This document shows, one piece after another, positions 63,582-64,000 of a stretch of DNA of 64,000 nt; within the stretch, counting starts at the first letter, position 1; each line of letters opens with the position of its first letter. This stretch comes from an uncultured delta proteobacterium. GTDB lineage: Bacteria > Myxococcota_A > Polyangia > Polyangiales > Polyangiaceae. The notes beneath the pieces were generated by a model, which was not told the origin of the DNA, did no database searches, and saw nothing but the letters and a program-made list of their open reading frames with translations. The stretch spans positions 502,705-566,704 of the forward strand of contig CAVZIE010000032.1 of assembly GCA_963775185.1 (NCBI GenBank), in the 5' to 3' direction. The position numbers and the translations under genes are program-made.

Positions 63582-64000
63582 GCGTCCACCCGGATGATCG
63601 TGCCGACGTGTTCGCCGGCGAGCGCGCGCGTCAGGTTGCCGCGTTCGAGACCGTTGATGATCTGGATCTGTTTGCAGTGCTCCGCGTGCTGCATGAACTC
63701 GAGCACCGGACGCTCCACGACCACGTCGGCGAAATCGCGCTCTCTGAGCTCGCCGACGGTGATCTCCGGGATGAACGTCGCGTGCTTGTCCTTCTTCGGA
63801 TCCGCCGTATACAGGCCCTTCTCGTCCTTCACGTAGATCATCGACCGCGCGCCGAAGACCTCCGCCACCAGGAAAGCGCCGGTGTCGGTGCGGTGCGGGG
63901 GCACGCGACCGACGGCGGGGTTCCGCTGCCAGAACGTGTACGGCGGCATGCCGAAGAAGATGCAGGCGCGCCGTTCGGCCAGGTACAGCGGCAGCTGCGG
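63578..64000 (-). CDS. second MoSto-like amino-acid-kinase paralogue (C-terminal part; gene runs off the window)
   Basis: RVPPHRTDTGAFLVAEVFGARSMIYVKDEKGLY...NGLERGNLTRALAGEHVGTIIR parallels the downstream paralogue; ATGA overlap with it. Confidence 0.5.
   Translation of the reverse strand, partial: PQLPLYLAERRACIFFGMPPYTFWQRNPAVGRVPPHRTDTGAFLVAEVFGARSMIYVKDEKGLYTADPKKDKHATFIPEITVGELRERDFADVVVERPVLEFMQHAEHCKQIQIINGLERGNLTRALAGEHVGTIIRVDA

Overview
High-GC (about 70%) chromosomal segment carrying about 50 protein-coding genes and no rRNA, tRNA or CRISPR. Three proteins end in MYXO-CTERM-type sorting tails, many lipoproteins have Cys-rich repeats, and a sigma-54 enhancer-binding protein is present; together these point to a Myxococcales genome. 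Content: (i) a lipid/steroid-type catabolic gene set in the first 14.4 kb (two FadD-like acyl-CoA synthetases, SCP2 protein, cytochrome P450, KshA-like Rieske oxygenase, two SDRs, amidohydrolase, orphan MlaE/YrbE permease, OYE flavin oxidoreductase, HsaB-like flavin reductase). Four KstR-type palindromic operators (TAGAACATGTTCTA, matching TnnAACnnGTTnnA) sit at its promoters. (ii) A xanthine-dehydrogenase-family molybdoenzyme cluster (XdhC, MocA, FAD, 2Fe-2S and Mo subunits). (iii) A PAS/multi-GAF histidine kinase, a flotillin/NfeD pair, SCO1, an S1 protease, trpS, a GH13 enzyme, uvrA and several very large Cys-rich secreted lipoproteins (Kelch, RTX, DNRLRE, Hint domains). (iv) An ABC-2 exporter followed by two tandem molybdenum-storage-protein (MoSto)-like amino-acid-kinase paralogues. 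Non-coding structure: a conserved 21-bp GC-rich element in at least 12 copies, a roughly 65-bp hairpin-containing element in 2 copies with compensatory stem changes, several direct and tandem repeats, and at least 7 apparent +/-1 frameshifts that split otherwise intact genes (including uvrA), most likely assembly indels. Coordinates derived by hand may be off by 1-3 nt.
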